Source: Octopus sinensis
Lineage: Eukaryota
Assembly (NCBI RefSeq): GCF_006345805.1
Contig: NC_042998.1
Span: 201,190,001-201,254,000 of the forward strand
Direction of reading: 5' to 3'
DNA length: 64,000 nucleotides
In this document: in pieces, positions 1-11,689 of the stretch
Layout: the number at the start of each line of letters is the position of its first letter
How positions within the stretch are numbered: position 1 is the stretch's first letter
Program-made: the position numbers and the translations under genes
The notes under the pieces: generated by a model
Database searches by the model: none
What the model was told of the DNA's origin: nothing
The model's input: the letters and a program-made list of their open reading frames with translations, nothing else

Positions 1-1825
1 ATCTGTTGCTTTCTCACGCAGAGTGAAACTAATAAGATGTTTCGGCGAAGTATTGGACTTAATCAGATCATATATATGTCATTTAATTTGTTGATACAGT
101 TGTTATGATCATTTTCGAACTCACAATACACAAAATGAATATAGTTAACCATTTTCTCCAATGCAAGGCAACGCTCTACTGACAAATCCGTCCCCATAAA
201 TTATTGACATGTGTTAGTATATGAATGGCTATACATGTTCTTTAATTATGGTAGCAAATGGAATGACATATCTTCAATCGTGAATCGTGGATTTATGTTT
301 TAAACGCGGAATCGATTATTATCAGTTACCATAATATATATATATAGCTGAGTTAGAAAGCATTTTACACTTTATTTTACTGTTTACAAGCGTGTCTATA
401 TATTTCATGAATAGAGAATATGTAAATATTTTTAGCACAAATCCTAGAACAGAAATAGTATTGTAAGCGTACACTTGCCAGGTAACAAAACATATAAGGA
501 AACATCATTTCTAATCAGCTATAACACAGTAGTGGTTAATGAATAGCGTCTGATTGACGGTATAATGCTATAAAATGTACGAGAATTAATGTTCTTTATG
601 TTGTGTAGTTAAAAAGAGAGAAGATAAATGAGTTCATTCACAGCTGATTATTTAAAAGCTAAACTATACAACTGGAGTACAGAACACATGCACAAAATGA
701 CCTCGGTGAATGAACTGAGTGTTAAGTGAAAGAATAACATTTAGAGTGCTTCCACAAGAGTAAAATTTAGTTTATAAAGTATCAATGTATTGTGTAAAAA
801 CTGTGTTTACCTCACCTTAATTCGGATCTTTGACGAAGTGATGTTTCGAACACAACTGTAATGCGTTACAGAATCTCCTAACAAACAGTATTGATGTTAA
901 ATTCGATAACTGGAGAATAGATCTTATTTTGTCAGAAACATTCAGATATAGCACTACATAGAAAACTAAATCAGAACTGACAAAATCATTTCATTCCATA
1001 CGTGTGCAGTATATTATATTTGATAGATCAGCTAATCATATCAAACTAAAATCTATACCAAACCAATTTTCATTATAATCCATGTGGGAGATACTGCTCA
1101 GGAAATAATAGGTTGAAATAAAACGAAAACAAATATGCATAAAATCATTAAGACATCTATTTCATTGCCATTCTATTTTATTTCTCTACATAACATTTTG
1201 TGGCAAACTATGTTTATATGCTTTCAATGCAATTTCATGTTTACTCACAGATTTGAGGAAACAAAACAAAGAAAAAATATATAAATGTGTGCGAAAGAAT
1301 CACCTTTGAATGGTTTTGCTTTTAATACAACTGTTTAAAAGCGAAAGAGGATGTATTTATTTTATTTTTCTATATATTTCTCGGTTTCTATTCTGTCGGT
1401 GATATAATGATGAGATACATTTAATATATGTTGTTTTGTCATTGCAAAACTCACAACCATTAACATTGTATACAACTTACATTATTTTGTATGTAGAGGT
1501 AGATAATATCAAAATATTGATATATGTGTGATTTCTCCATTTATGATGTTGATATAAAAATAGATTAACATATGTATGTAATGCAAACGTCCGGTAAACT
1601 TTAAATGCTTTTTGTAACACGACCGCAGAGATAAAATTTTCGCGGTGAGAGTAAGAGGGTGAAATTAGATTGTGTAAGATCACATTCGACCGAATTACAG
1701 CTTAAACTACTAAAAATCGAAGGCTTTCTCTTGTGTCACAACGAATGTCAAACCTCTACAGTAATTGGTCTAACACATATATCAACGTACCTACCTACAT
1801 ACATATATATTTAGCTATCAATCAT

Positions 1826-1827
<2 letters not shown>

Positions 1828-1912
<85 letters not shown>

Positions 1913-1925
1913 GTATATATATATA
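1828..1925. repeat. (CT)n(TA)n compound microsatellite
   Basis: Direct reading of dinucleotide runs. Confidence 0.95.
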
Positions 1926-2097
1926 TCCCTGTCTGTCTCTCTGTCTCTGTGTCAGTCGAACTAGTCTTTCTCTATTTCCCTCTTACTCTCTCTTTTCCCT
2001 TTCTCTTTCTATCTATTTATCTATCTATCTAACGATATATATAACCGAGTAAACACGTAAGTGTGAAACAAGGTACTCAAATACCAGTGGTAGAGTA

Positions 2098-2255
2098 ATA
2101 TGCTTTATTTAAAAGCAGCAGAAAATTCAACAAAACCTGTTACTCTGAGTTTCACGTTCCCGTTCGTCGGACAGTTTTTGCTCCGACGAACGGGAACGTG
2201 AAACTCAGAGTAACAGGTTTTGTTGAATTTCCTGCTGCTTTTAAATAAAGTATAT
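2098..2255. mobile_element. Foldback element with ~74-bp near-perfect inverted arms and a 10-nt loop, (TA)n-associated
   Basis: Arm 2098-2171 is the reverse complement of 2182-2255 (about 2 mismatches); loop is cagtttttgc; followed by (TA)n. Confidence 0.9.
2137..2174 (-). ncRNA. Minimal type-I hammerhead-like motif (U4C core variant)
   Basis: Minus strand reads CTGT-CCGACGA-ACG-GGAA-CGT-GAA-ACTC-A-GAGT-A-ACAG: stem I CTGT/ACAG, stem II ACG/CGT with GNRA loop, near-palindromic stem III, GUA cleavage triplet. Confidence 0.55.
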
Positions 2256-2256
2256 G

Positions 2257-2289
<33 letters not shown>

Positions 2290-2320
2290 AGCAACTATAT
2301 GAAAGCATTATTACTTTTCA

Positions 2321-2920
2321 GTTGGAGATAATAACATCTATTTCCCAAATATTCCCCACGTCAACTCGTGTGTGTTTCGAACTTTAAACGTCTCGCTCCG
2401 TTTAAAGAGAAAACCATCGCAAGCAATAAAAAAGTAATTATATGAATGCATCATTACTGTTAAAAACAGCAACAATCAGGCGGTTAGCAAGACTTCTACC
2501 TTCATAGGTGTGATATGAAATATTTGAATAAAGGAAGGGTAAAAAATACCGCTTGCCAAAGATAAAAGCGAAAGCCTCAAAACCCACTAATCCTACGGTA
2601 AATACACACAAGAGCAATGCAATGAATAATTTAAAAAAATAGGCCTACCTTCAGGATGGAATTTGAAGATAATATACATACCCCAATATCAATTGATTTC
2701 ATGCTGTGCATGAGAAGACATGTTTTGCAATCTGCTGTTGGAGATAGTAACATCTATTTCCAAAATATTCCCGAAGTCAACTCGTGAGCGTTTCGAACTT
2801 GAAACGTCCCGCTCAGTTTAAAGAGAATACTATCGTAAGCAATAAAAAAAGGCAACACTATGCAAGCATTATTACTATTAAAAACAGTAATAATAAGGTG
2901 GTTAGCAAGACTTCTACCTT
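2321..2920. repeat. Diverged ~180-bp direct duplication (2321-2502 / 2737-2920)
   Basis: Colinear by eye from gttggagata to gcaagacttctacctt, roughly 80% identity. Confidence 0.85.
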
Positions 2921-3162
2921 TCTTGAAGTGTTCATTACGTTATTCGCTTGTGTGTTTATCGTAGGGCAGCTGGGTTCTGAAGCGTTCACTTTCATCGTTG
3001 GCGGCATGTTTTACCCTTCATTTATTCACTTACATGGATCTGCTTGAAACGATCGTACTGCATAAATACTTGACATCGTGTTGCTTATTTCGATTTCATT
3101 CACCTGATTTCGAGGTGTGCGGACAATAGCGGACTGATTTGGTGCTTCAACTTAAGTACCTA

Positions 3163-3210
3163 ATATAAGAAATAATTGGGATTCAGTTGAATCCTAATTA
3201 TTTCTTATAT
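3163..3210. repeat. 48-bp hairpin (22-bp arms)
   Basis: atataagaaataattgggattc-agtt-gaatcctaattatttcttatat, one G-T wobble. Confidence 0.9.
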
Positions 3211-3298
3211 ATGAATTATAAATTGGGGTATCTACGAGAAAACACCATGCTGAAAATAGCAGCCATGATCTTATTCTAAAGCCACCTTAATTGTCCAT

Positions 3299-3394
3299 AT
3301 ATCAACCCGGAGAGAGAACAAAGAGACAAGAGGAAACTAGTAAAAAATTACTGTAGTTTCATCTTCTTTCTTTGTTTTCTCTCCGTGTTGATAT
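3299..3394. repeat. ~96-bp imperfect hairpin
   Basis: Paired segments atatcaac/gttgatat, cggagaga/tctctccg, aacaaaga/tctttgtt and gaaacta/tagtttc. Confidence 0.85.
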
Positions 3395-3399
3395 TTTTG

Positions 3400-4215
3400 T
3401 TTCTTATTTTAGTTTTAGCTCCGAGCTGCGGCAATGCTGATGCACCACCGTTTTGTGCTACACTGTTATTGCTAAGATCCTCCTCTAATATATGGCACTT
3501 GATAAAGAATGGAGTTTGGAATAGCTATTCTCACTTGCACCACTTGCCGTGAGGTAGGTTCATCTGCGACTCTCGACAGAAAGCAGTCCAGCTTTGATTG
3601 AAAAACCGCTATATTTACTGTGTGCAAGTTCCTTAGACTCTTTGGGAGAATATTAAAAAGCTGTGGTCTCTTGAAACCCAGGCTGTTGCAGTAGCTGGTC
3701 CGGAAGCGTGATGGCATTGCTGGGATCTTTGGCACCATACAGTGTCGTCCCGTTCTGGCATTGCTGTAACTTTCAATGCCAAAATTTGGCACGATTCTTT
3801 CTAGGATCTTCCAGATATATATTACTGCATACATGCCCCGTCTTCTTTCCAGAGAGTAGAGTCTTATCTGTTTCAGCCATTCCCAATAGCTGAGTTGTTG
3901 CAAAGAGACGACCTTCTTTGTGAATCTTCTCTCGATTACTTCTAGGTCCCCTGTTAATTTCACACTGGTGGGTGACCATAGCTGTGAGCAGTAATCCAGG
4001 CGGCTGAGGACGAATGTCCGCCAGAGGACCATCATAGTTTCCTTATCTCTGGTTCTGAATGTTCTTAGGATCCATCCAGCCAGTCGTCTGCACGTAGTCG
4101 CTATCCTGCTAATGTGCACTTGGAAAGAGGTATCATCACTCAGGCCGATACCCAGCTCCCTCACTGACTTAGGCTCTGGGATTGAAATTCCCTATGGACT
4201 GGTGCACCGTGTAAG
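3400..4215 (-). mobile_element. 5'-truncated CR1/L2-group LINE, ORF2 C-terminus (ORF 3472-4164) plus short 3' UTR
   Basis: Translation VRELGIGLSDD...WILRTF...SRLDYCSQLWSP...LYSLERRR...LFNILP is the typical post-RT region of CR1/L2-type ORF2. Confidence 0.85.
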
Positions 4216-5069
4216 TTTAATATATATGAACAATTAAGCTGGTTTTAGAGTCAGATCATGGTTGTTATTTTCAGCATGGTGGTATCTCGTAGATACCCTA
4301 ATTTATAATTTTCATAATTATTACCTTTGAAGGTTATATTATATCTATGCTGACCACTTAATAAAATCGTTGTTTTGGTTTAAATTAAATTAACGATTTT
4401 ATCCTTAAATATATATATATATATATATATATACATATGTATGTATGTGTGAGTGTGTGAATACAAGTGTAGTATATATACATAATGAAACCATTTTGGC
4501 GGCAATATACGTGTGGTTGTATATGTGTTATGCTTGTCTGCGTGGGAGTGTTGGCATGTGACCATGCATAATTCAGCTGATATAGTTGCTATAGACATGT
4601 ACAGATGTGCACAGGTGTGTATATATATCTGTGGCGTGTATACACACACACATACACATATATGTATGCTTGCGATTCAACTGAATGTGTGTGCGAATGC
4701 ATGAGTAAAGTACAGAGTTTCGTGTTTGAATAGTTAACGCTCACGCTCATAATACATGAGATTTTGAATTAATCTTCATACAATCCAGCCGTCCTTTTAC
4801 ACAGAATTTTGTCTATCTTTAAACTCTGCATATGAAGACACTTATATAAATGGGAATTGTTTATATATCAAAAAATATTTATAGTCGGATCAAATTGTTG
4901 GTACTTTGATGTTTTAATAATTGTTTATATTTATACTATGTTATATTATATTCATAGTATATAATGTTATATTAAATATAAACAAACTAAGAGATAGTCA
5001 GTTGTATCTTTTTATTTAATTTTATCTATGTAATTTGCATTATACCCAAATTGTTGAGGCAAGTGAAAT

Positions 5070-5775
5070 CGAAATCGAAATCAAATTCGATGACTGGCAT
5101 CCGTGCTAGTGGAGCGCTAAGAGAACCATACGAGTGAGATCGAGGCCAGAGCAACAAGCTGGCTTCCGAGCCGACAGTACTTTAAAAACACCGTTTGAGC
5201 ATGATCTATTTCTTTACTACCCACAAGGGGTTAAACATAGAGAAGACAAACAAGGACAGACAATCGAATTATGTCAATTATATCGACCCCAGTGCGGAAC
5301 TGGTACTTATTTAATCGACCTCGAAAGGATGAAAGGCAAAGTCGACCTCGGCGGAATTTGAACTCAGAACGTAGCGACAGACGAAATACAGCTACGCATT
5401 TCGCCTGGCGTGCTAAGGGCTCTGCCAGCTCGCCGCCTTTACTAGCTCGCCGATCGTTACCTGCGCCGTCTTACTAGCACTTGTGCCAGTGGCACGTGAA
5501 AAAACATTCGAGCGAGGTCGTTGCCAGTGCCGCTGGACTGGCTCCTGTGCAGCTGGCTCATAAAAGCACCATTTGCGCGTGACCGTTGCCAGTACCGCCT
5601 CACTGGTCTTTGTGCCCGTGGCACGTAAAAGCACCCACTACACTCTCGGATTTGTTGGCGTTAGGAAGGGCATCCAGCTGTAGAAACTCTGCCAAATCAG
5701 ATCTGGTGCGCCGGTCCTCAGTCAAATCCAAGGTAGCATGGAAAACGGACGTTAAACGACGACGATGATGATGAT
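5070..5775 (+). mobile_element. SINE-like element with internal ~65-bp subrepeats, interrupted by a family-A SINE
   Basis: Repeated gttgccag...ggcacgtaaaagcacc units; ggcgttaggaagggcatccagctgtagaaac domain; (GAT)n tail. Confidence 0.7.
5207..5438 (-). mobile_element. tRNA-derived SINE, family A (Octopus-type)
   Basis: Reverse complement begins aggcggcgagctggcag, has B-box-like gagttcaaattcc and the body gcctttcatcctttcg.ggtcgattaaataagtaccag; many copies in the window. Confidence 0.9.
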
Positions 5776-5983
5776 ATATATATATATAAACTTAGACTTA
5801 AACTTAGATAGCACCACCTGTTAGGATTATTTGAATCCTGTTTAAGTCAAATTTTGTTTATGGTCCATTCAGATAGTGAGTTTTTGTTGGGTGAGTTGTA
5901 TCCAATTATGGGTGGCTTATCTGGTATTCCTTGAAGGAATCTATCTGGATTCCGTTTAAAGTTAATGGGATCCTTATCCTCTT

Positions 5984-6021
<38 letters not shown>

Positions 6022-6516
6022 GATCTCTTCTTATATATATAATTATATGTGGAAGCTTATGTACGCGTGTGTGTGTGTTTATATGGGTTATATGTATATA
6101 CAAACACACACACACACAGACACACATTTATGCAAAAGAAAACCAAAGACATTATTCATCTCATGCTTGCTTTCAACATTTTACCTATATTTCATTAGCA
6201 TGAGATGGTCATTATGTATGTAATACATACTACAAAATCCAGGATCCATGTCAAATCGTCAGACACATGTAACTTTATAGAAAACTTCACTAAAATAGAA
6301 AGACACATGAATTCAACATCGTGGAAATTATTAACGATCTGAGTAGACATGGTTGTGGAGTGATGTTAGATTTGTGTCAGAGTGAAGGAAATTGATATAC
6401 AATATAATAGAATGGAGCAGACAGAAAAACGAATGGTCATTTTCCGGACTAACATTGTATTCTTTCTCGTTATTGGTTGTTTATTTCTGTGCTCTTTTCC
6501 TCTTCACAAGTGTGTC

Positions 6517-6552
<36 letters not shown>

Positions 6553-6854
6553 TCCGCAAAAATAAACGGACTCTCACTTCATTTCTCTCTCTCTCTCTCT
6601 CTATCCTTCTCTCGCTCTTGCTCTTTCTCTGCATATACACACATACTGATGTATACACCTACTAACATACAACATCTATTTTGAATTACACATACACAAA
6701 AACCACATAAATATATATTCACGTGCGCACTCATAATCATACATACATTTATACAGATACATACAAACACCCATATAAAAATATTATATATATATATATA
6801 TGATATATATGTATGTATATATATATATATATATATATATACATACATACAAAC

Positions 6855-6888
<34 letters not shown>

Positions 6889-7210
6889 CAGAAGGCCATA
6901 AATTTCTCTTATATTTCGAAATTTAATTGTGCTCAACAACAATTTTGTTACGATAAACATCATTAAATACCTAATTACATAATTATGATATGTAATTAAT
7001 TAATCTAAATAATGAAATTAAAATACGGATTTTAAATTCAGTATTTAAATTAATTAAACGTATTAATTAATTGCGCACAACATGTTATTAATTATACACC
7101 TAATGATATACATCATAATGAACAAGCAGTTCAGAACACAGTACGAACTATACGTTAGACTAAGGAAGTTCTGTTAAATATGTTGCTGCTAGGTATCGTA
7201 TTAGCTTTGT

Positions 7211-7229
7211 ATATATATATATATATATA

Positions 7230-7284
<55 letters not shown>

Positions 7285-7310
7285 CATATATATAAATACA
7301 TATATATATT

Positions 7311-7346
<36 letters not shown>

Positions 7347-7363
7347 TATAATATATGTATATA

Positions 7364-7400
<37 letters not shown>

Positions 7401-7419
7401 CTATATGTATATTTATATA

Positions 7420-7456
<37 letters not shown>

Positions 7457-7524
7457 GCATATATATATTCATACACACATACATACATATGTGTGTATGA
7501 ATATACATATACATATATATATAC

Positions 7525-7585
<61 letters not shown>

Positions 7586-7965
7586 CATATATGCATATAT
7601 ATATATTCATACACACACACATACATACATATATATATATGTACATACATACACACACATTTATATATATATATATATATATATATACACTCACACCTGC
7701 GGGGACACACATGCATATATATACACACACACGTTGTCGCTCCATATGGATATGCAACGAAGGATCTTCTTAACGGCCGTGTATTTCCATTTCATACACC
7801 AATTCTCTCACTGTACCTCACTGTGTTTTTTCTTTCTCTATCTATCTTTCAATCTCTCTCTATCTCTCTCACTCTCTCTCTTTATCTATCTAACTATCTA
7901 TCTATCCATCTATTTGTCTGTCTATACACACACACACACACACACACGCACACACACACACACAG
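7211..7965. repeat. Large (TA)n/(CA)n/(CT)n compound microsatellite field
   Basis: Direct reading; explains the overlapping YI-repeat ORFs. Confidence 0.95.
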
Positions 7966-9940
7966 ATATATGGATGTGCGTATGTGTGTATGTGTTTTGA
8001 CATGCATCTTCAGCAACATACTTACTTCCCAGGACCTACAGAGGTACTATATTATATGATGAATTCTCCTCCAAAGCTACATATATGGTGATGCGTCAGT
8101 TTAAATACGAACATATATACGTTACAGTAAGGTATTATCATATATATATATATACATGAGTATGATTTCATACGCTTGTGTATTTTCAAATTTCGGCAGA
8201 GTGTATACTTCCATCCAACAGTCCAAATCTAGATTCTATTTATTTAAGTTCTCCTCACTGAACTGCGACTATCGTATATGCTGTTGGATCGTGAATAAAA
8301 ATGGTCGCTCTACACAAATGAAATTTGACTATTGATTCATTTGTACTTATTACGATAAAAGAGCAGCAGAAAGATTAACGGGGTTTCTGTTTGCGAGTAG
8401 TGATGTAGTTGCTACTACGATTAATTTATATTAACTGTTAGAAATATTTAACTCCTTTGGCGAAGCAAATTTTACTACTTTTGTTTTAATTTTCGGTGTA
8501 TGAGGGGATTATATCAATGATAATCCGCTGAAGCCTTAAATAAATACCTTTATATTTGAATCACCAAATATATTCCTCCAGTGAAATCACGTTACATAAT
8601 TTTCTGTTATTAAAAGTATGTCGTTGAACAATATCTTAGCAGTTATGTTTTTTTATGTAGAACCGATGCAATATCCAGTGTTATTTAGCGCATTTCCCCT
8701 TCAATATAGGTGCATATTAAGGAATATAATAATTGCTCAGTGTTTACCTACTTTGAAGGCGACGATTGCTATGTATTCTAAAGTTTTATGAGAATAGATC
8801 ACTAACTGAGAATTCATAGAGTTTTGTGAATTAGGTGCTATCTTTATATATTTTCTTTTGTTCCTGAGTATTAATGTTTTCCTGGCGAGTCTTAGCGTGT
8901 ATATTTTCCATTAATCCACCGTTTGTAAAAACACTACTGGGTGTTTCATATTTGTCAGAAGTTTGAAATTTATCTATGAATGGATATATGTATGAGTGCG
9001 TGATTTTATAAGTGCGTATGTGTATCTGTGTGGAGTGCATGTATTCTTTATAGTAAAAAGATAATAACAAAACTCTTGGATCATGTCGCGGTAGGTGACA
9101 TGGTCAGGATAGCTATTTGCGTGGAGTCAGGTTACTACAAAGAAAAAATAAGACGATAGGAAAATGGAATGCAAAAACGAAAATTAACTGGTAGTCTAAA
9201 GGAGATGTGGACAAGAATACAGACGCCGTTGTAATGTAGCTCTGCTTAATGAAGAAAGCCAGATATAGAAGAATTTATCTGTGCAGTGTCATATCAAATA
9301 TTTAGGACAACTTACACTAAATGCTGCATTGAGAGAGATCGGCAGAGGTTGTGTGTTGATGAAGGTGACAAAGTACGGCGTATTTCGAATGAATATTTGA
9401 AGCTGGTAAAAAAGAACGCTATGAAAAGAGACACGATAATGTAGCAAGTATAATTCATTCGGAGCCGTGTAATACTTGCGGATTGGATTGAGGCAAAATA
9501 AGGATACTATGGGATGCACTTTGATCATTATTTATTTTTAACTTTTTTGCTGAAAGCAGGATAAAGCGTTTGTGAAAACAGAGGGAACATCCTCTTTAAT
9601 CTTTGATATTGCATGCGGCAGTAATTACAGAATATCGGGAAGAGAAGAAGAAAAGGACTGATATAACGATTTTAACTAGAGATAAAAATACTGCTCCTAT
9701 TGAAAATATGTGTTCTACCCAAACTTGCTGAAATTTTAGAGACACTGTGGACCACGCTCAGAAAATGAAATGAAAAGAAAGGACTGAATGTTAAGACCGA
9801 GCATCTACTTGAATCGGTATAAATCCCCTGCAGAGATCTGGAAACCTGATAGAAAAGCACTAGCTTAATCCACTTCGTGCGAATTGCTGATAGATTATAA
9901 TATCCTCCAGTGAAGATAAAATGTTAAAGAGAATCAACAA

Positions 9941-10111
9941 CGCGCAGGAGTGGCTGTGTGGTAAGTAGCTTGCTAACCAACCACATGGTTCCGGGTTCGG
10001 TCCCACTGCGTGGCACCTTGGGCAACTATCTTCTGCTATAGCCCCGGGCCGACCAATGCCTTGTGAGTGGATTTGGTAGACGGAAACGGAAAGGAGCCTG
10101 TCGTATATATG

Positions 10112-10171
<60 letters not shown>

Positions 10172-10403
10172 ATATGTATGTGTGTGTATGTGTTTGTGTG
10201 TCTGTGTTTGTCTCCCTAGCATTGCTTGAAAACCGATGCTGGTGTGTTTACGTCCCCGTCACTTAACGGTTCGGCAAAAGAGACCGATAGAATAAGTACT
10301 GGGCTTACAAAGAATACGTCCCGGGGTCGATTTCCTCGACTAAAGGCGGTGCTCCAGCATGGCCGCAGTCAAATGACTGAAACAAGTAAAAGAGTAAAGA
10401 GTA
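9941..10403 (+). mobile_element. tRNA-derived SINE, family D, with internal (TA)/(TG) tract
   Basis: A-box-like tggctgtgtggtaag, B-box-like gggttcggtccc, gcaccttgggcaa body; homologous to the inverted copy at 59672-60061. Confidence 0.9.
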
Positions 10404-10489
10404 ACAACTTCAGTAACAACAAAAATACCTACGACAGCAACAACGACGACGACGGTGACGACGACTACGACGATGATGATGATAATGAA

Positions 10490-11072
10490 CATGTGAAAAG
10501 TACAGCCTAATCAAAGGCCCGGAAATGGTAAGAACATGAACCAGTAGGTGCCATCGGAACAAGAAATATAAGATACTATGGTATTCTACAATCCAATGCG
10601 ACTTACTAATTGATGCTCGGAGACCAGATTTTAATGTGGTAGATAAGAGAAAAGGAGACTAGGATTATAGATATTTCAATATCTGGGATGCACGCATAGG
10701 TGACAAAGAATTAGAAAAGATTGAAAAGTACAAATAACTAAAAGGCGAAATTACAAGAATGTGGACCATGAGCAGAATGTGTGTAATTTCAGTAGACGTA
10801 GGGGCTCACAGAGCACTAAGAATCAAATTTGAGAAGTAGATCACACATATCGGAATTGACGCGAGGGCAGGAGCAAGCCCAAAACACTGCTGTCCTGAGG
10901 ACAGCTAGCATTATGAACTATAGAATTTCTATATTGAATTCCCTCGATGATAATTAACAACCTGCTTTCAAAGCTTATAATATGTGGAAAGCGTCCCTGT
11001 GAGACTTCTAACGGCAGGCTGTTGCCGGTCTCCAAGAAGCTACTAAAGCAAACAATACAGAACGTTGTGCTA
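10490..11072 (+). mobile_element. R4/Dong-like non-LTR retrotransposon 3' fragment (RLE), decayed
   Basis: Frameshifted translation KILW..TIQCD..IDARRPD...IIDISI...KELEKIEKY..LKGEITRMW; followed directly by (TAA)n. Confidence 0.75.
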
Positions 11073-11235
<163 letters not shown>

Positions 11236-11259
11236 AGCAACCAATTTGACTGTAGGTAT

Positions 11260-11460
11260 AAGGATTCAAATATGGAGTGAAAAGCAGTCGATTGCGTTGA
11301 CCCAGTTGTTTTGCTGGCAATTAATTTATCGACCCCGAAAGGATGAAAGGTAAAATCGACATCGGTGGAATTTGAAATCGGAAAATAGAGTTCGACGAAA
11401 TACCGCATGCCGCTAAGCCATTTTCTCCAGCATTCTAACGGTTCTTCTAGCACAGCGCCT
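11260..11460 (-). mobile_element. Diverged family-A SINE
   Basis: Contains atcgaccccgaaaggatgaaaggtaaaatcgacatcggtggaatttgaa. Confidence 0.75.
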
Positions 11461-11462
11461 AA

Positions 11463-11669
11463 ATGATGATGTCGTTGATGATGATGATGATGATGACGAC
11501 GATGATGATGACGATGATGATGGGTATGATAATAATAATAATAATAATAACAACAACAACAACGATAAAAATAACAACAACAATACTACTACTACTACTA
11601 CTACTACTAATAATAATAATAATAATAATATAATGATAATAATGATAATAATAATAATAATAATAATAA
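11463..11669. repeat. (GAT)/(AAT)/(AAC)/(ACT) compound microsatellite
   Basis: Direct reading. Confidence 0.95.
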
Positions 11670-11689
11670 GCAAAGTGAAATACTCTCTG

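Larger units (their letters stand above)
3209..4316. mobile_element. Pair of ~95-bp inverted repeats (3209-3302 / 4222-4316) enclosing a hairpin and a LINE fragment
   Basis: Left ggtatctacgagaaacaccatgctgaaaatagcagccatgatc...ttaattgtccatat matches the reverse complement of 4222-4316. Confidence 0.8.

Noticed and set aside
7100-7170. HHR-like words ctaatga...gtacgaac
   Set aside because: Core is mutated at several positions and stems cannot be paired convincingly.
7309-8059. Long ORFs such as 7355-8059 (234 aa) and similar YI/CV/HT-repeat ORFs near 32500, 34750, 41800, 58200 and 59900
   Set aside because: Translations of (TA)n/(CA)n/(TATG)n microsatellites, which lack stops in some frames; no coding signal.
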